Of a stretch of DNA of 40,171 nt, positions 38,713-40,171 are shown piece after piece. The notes under the pieces were generated by a model that was not told the origin of the DNA, made no database searches, and saw nothing but the letters and a program-made list of their open reading frames with translations. Position 1 is the stretch's first letter, and each line of letters starts with the position of its first letter. Position numbers and translations under genes: made by a program. Source of the stretch: Acidimicrobiia bacterium (lineage in GTDB: Bacteria; Actinomycetota; Acidimicrobiia; Spongiisociales; JAENVV01); NCBI GenBank assembly GCA_041577335.1, contig JBFGJH010000024.1, forward strand, positions 1 to 40,171. Reading direction: 5' to 3'.

Positions 38713-39936
38713 ATGTGGCGATCTCTGGCCTGCGCCCTTCTTCTGCTGATGCCGGCATGCGGCTCAGACTCAGTCCAGGCTGAGGGGTCGACGGTGCCGA
38801 CGACCACGACCACGATTATCACGACCCGTCCAAGTACGACCCTCCCATCAGCGACGGTGACATCGACGGCCACTCCAACGACAGTTCCCGGGGCGATCGA
38901 AATCGCCGACATGGATGCCAAGGCGATCGCGATGCCGCTCGGCGCTTCCTTCGAGCACGTCGTATTGACGGACGGGGGTGTTCTGGCACACGGCCACACC
39001 ACCGAACAGGAAACCGGCGAACTCGCCCGCCCGATGATCTGGTTCTCCGACGATATGGAGACGTGGGTCGAGACTTCGGTCATCGATCTCTACCCCGGCC
39101 AGGAGCCGTGGTCGGTTCCGACGGTGACCGACGTGGCCGTGTTCGGCGAGAACTTGTACGCCTTCCTCATGGGCGATGACACAACCACCGCAACCGAGCC
39201 ATCGATGCTCGTCTCCAACGAAGGTGTCACCTGGCGCAAGCAGTCGCTGACGGCTGGCCCAGCGATGCGAATGGTGGCCTTCACGCCGGAGTCCCCGCCC
39301 TACCCCGGAGCGTCGGCGGCTACCGACGCAGTCGTCTACGGCGACCATCTTTTCGTGACCGGCTGGGCCCGAACCGATCAAGGCACCTCGGCGGCAATGT
39401 GGTCATCAGCCGACGGCGAATTGTGGGACGTCACCTTGCTTCCCAACGCTTCGTTCGCAAACGAATGGGGCAGTCGGATTTCAGTGGGCCAAGCCGGCTA
39501 CCTCGTCACCCTCGGAGGTCCCGTTCACAGCGGAGCAGGCGCACTGTATTCACCTGACGGTCTCACCTGGTCCGTGGTGGGCGCTGTTGCCGAGCGCGCT
39601 GCAGGCGCCGTTCTTCAGACCCCCGACCGGGCGATGGTGATGAGGTTCGACATTCTCGGATCGGGCAAAACCGACCTCATTTGGACGGACGACGGAGAGA
39701 ACTGGGATACCACTCCCCCGTTGCCGATCTCGGACGAATCCATCGGTTCGTTGGGCATCGGACCAAGCGGGAACCCGCTGGTGTACTCGTCGTGGAACTC
39801 GGCAACCGTCTGGACCTTCGACCAAGACTGGATCGAAGTGCTCATCCCCCAACTCGACCGCCTCATCGACGCCACTGACGACCACTACATCGGCACCGCC
39901 GACAACAACCTCCTGATCCTGGACCGGAGCCCGTAG
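38713..39936 (+). CDS. Lipoprotein with Thr-rich linker and Asp-box-like repeats (probable beta-propeller)
   Basis: LLLLMPAC lipobox-like; SDDMETW, SNEGVTW, SADGELW, SPDGLTW, TDDGENW. Confidence 0.8.
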   Translation: MWRSLACALLLLMPACGSDSVQAEGSTVPTTTTTIITTRPSTTLPSATVTSTATPTTVPGAIEIADMDAKAIAMPLGASFEHVVLTDGGVLAHGHTTEQETGELARPMIWFSDDMETWVETSVIDLYPGQEPWSVPTVTDVAVFGENLYAFLMGDDTTTATEPSMLVSNEGVTWRKQSLTAGPAMRMVAFTPESPPYPGASAATDAVVYGDHLFVTGWARTDQGTSAAMWSSADGELWDVTLLPNASFANEWGSRISVGQAGYLVTLGGPVHSGAGALYSPDGLTWSVVGAVAERAAGAVLQTPDRAMVMRFDILGSGKTDLIWTDDGENWDTTPPLPISDESIGSLGIGPSGNPLVYSSWNSATVWTFDQDWIEVLIPQLDRLIDATDDHYIGTADNNLLILDRSP

Positions 39937-40171
39937 CCACCAGTTCGGACGAGAACCACACAATCACTCGGGTCCCAGCCTTCTGGCTGGCCTCGGAGGT
40001 GCCGCCGCTTTCTGGTCTGCGCTCGACGTGGCGAGCGGGGGATCGCCACGTACGACGAATCTTCGGCCAGTAGGGCCCGCGGATCATACGCGCCATCGAA
40101 ACAAGCGGCGCCAACCAGTCCCGGCCTGCCGCTTTGCGGAGCCTCGAGCGATTGCTCTTCCTGCTCCAACG

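Noticed and set aside
39937..40171. Minus-strand ORFs at the right edge
   Set aside because: No recognisable motif; cannot be judged without flanking sequence

Overview
High-GC, actinobacterial-looking window (inference: Acidimicrobiia-like, from F420-dependent enzyme families, leaderless TANNNT promoters and the lipoprotein style). It has three parts. (1) 1-8227: a giant minus-strand secreted repeat protein (>=2742 aa) that runs off the left edge and is therefore absent from the ORF track. It carries propeller-like, SdrD-B-like and DUF11 domains, then ~17 DUF7507/DUF11-like Ig repeats. (2) ~8980-26235: an aromatic catabolic cluster with meta-cleavage genes (two catechol 2,3-dioxygenases, semialdehyde dehydrogenase, tautomerase, decarboxylase/hydratase pair), an IclR regulator and a Rieske ferredoxin. 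No conventional phenol hydroxylase is present in the window. Instead there is a split PEP-synthase-like aryl kinase pair (PpsAB/CreHI-like), a LigXa-like Rieske oxygenase, two phosphatases (HAD and His-phosphatase) and a small Zn-ribbon protein. This suggests a phosphorylate-oxidise-dephosphorylate funnel into catechol meta-cleavage, the best candidate for an undescribed system. A 17-bp GTTCC-N7-GGAAC operator sits ~40 nt upstream of four leaderless starts. A GT-C/GT2/methyltransferase cassette interrupts the cluster. (3) 26300-40171: miscellaneous genes (PEP-mutase family, SDRs, gamma-CA, MFS, F420 enzymes, ABC exporter, DUF899, MscS-TM protein, lipoprotein) with one frameshifted and one truncated gene. 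No rRNA, tRNA, CRISPR or IS element was recognised. All family calls are from motif recognition by eye, not database searches.
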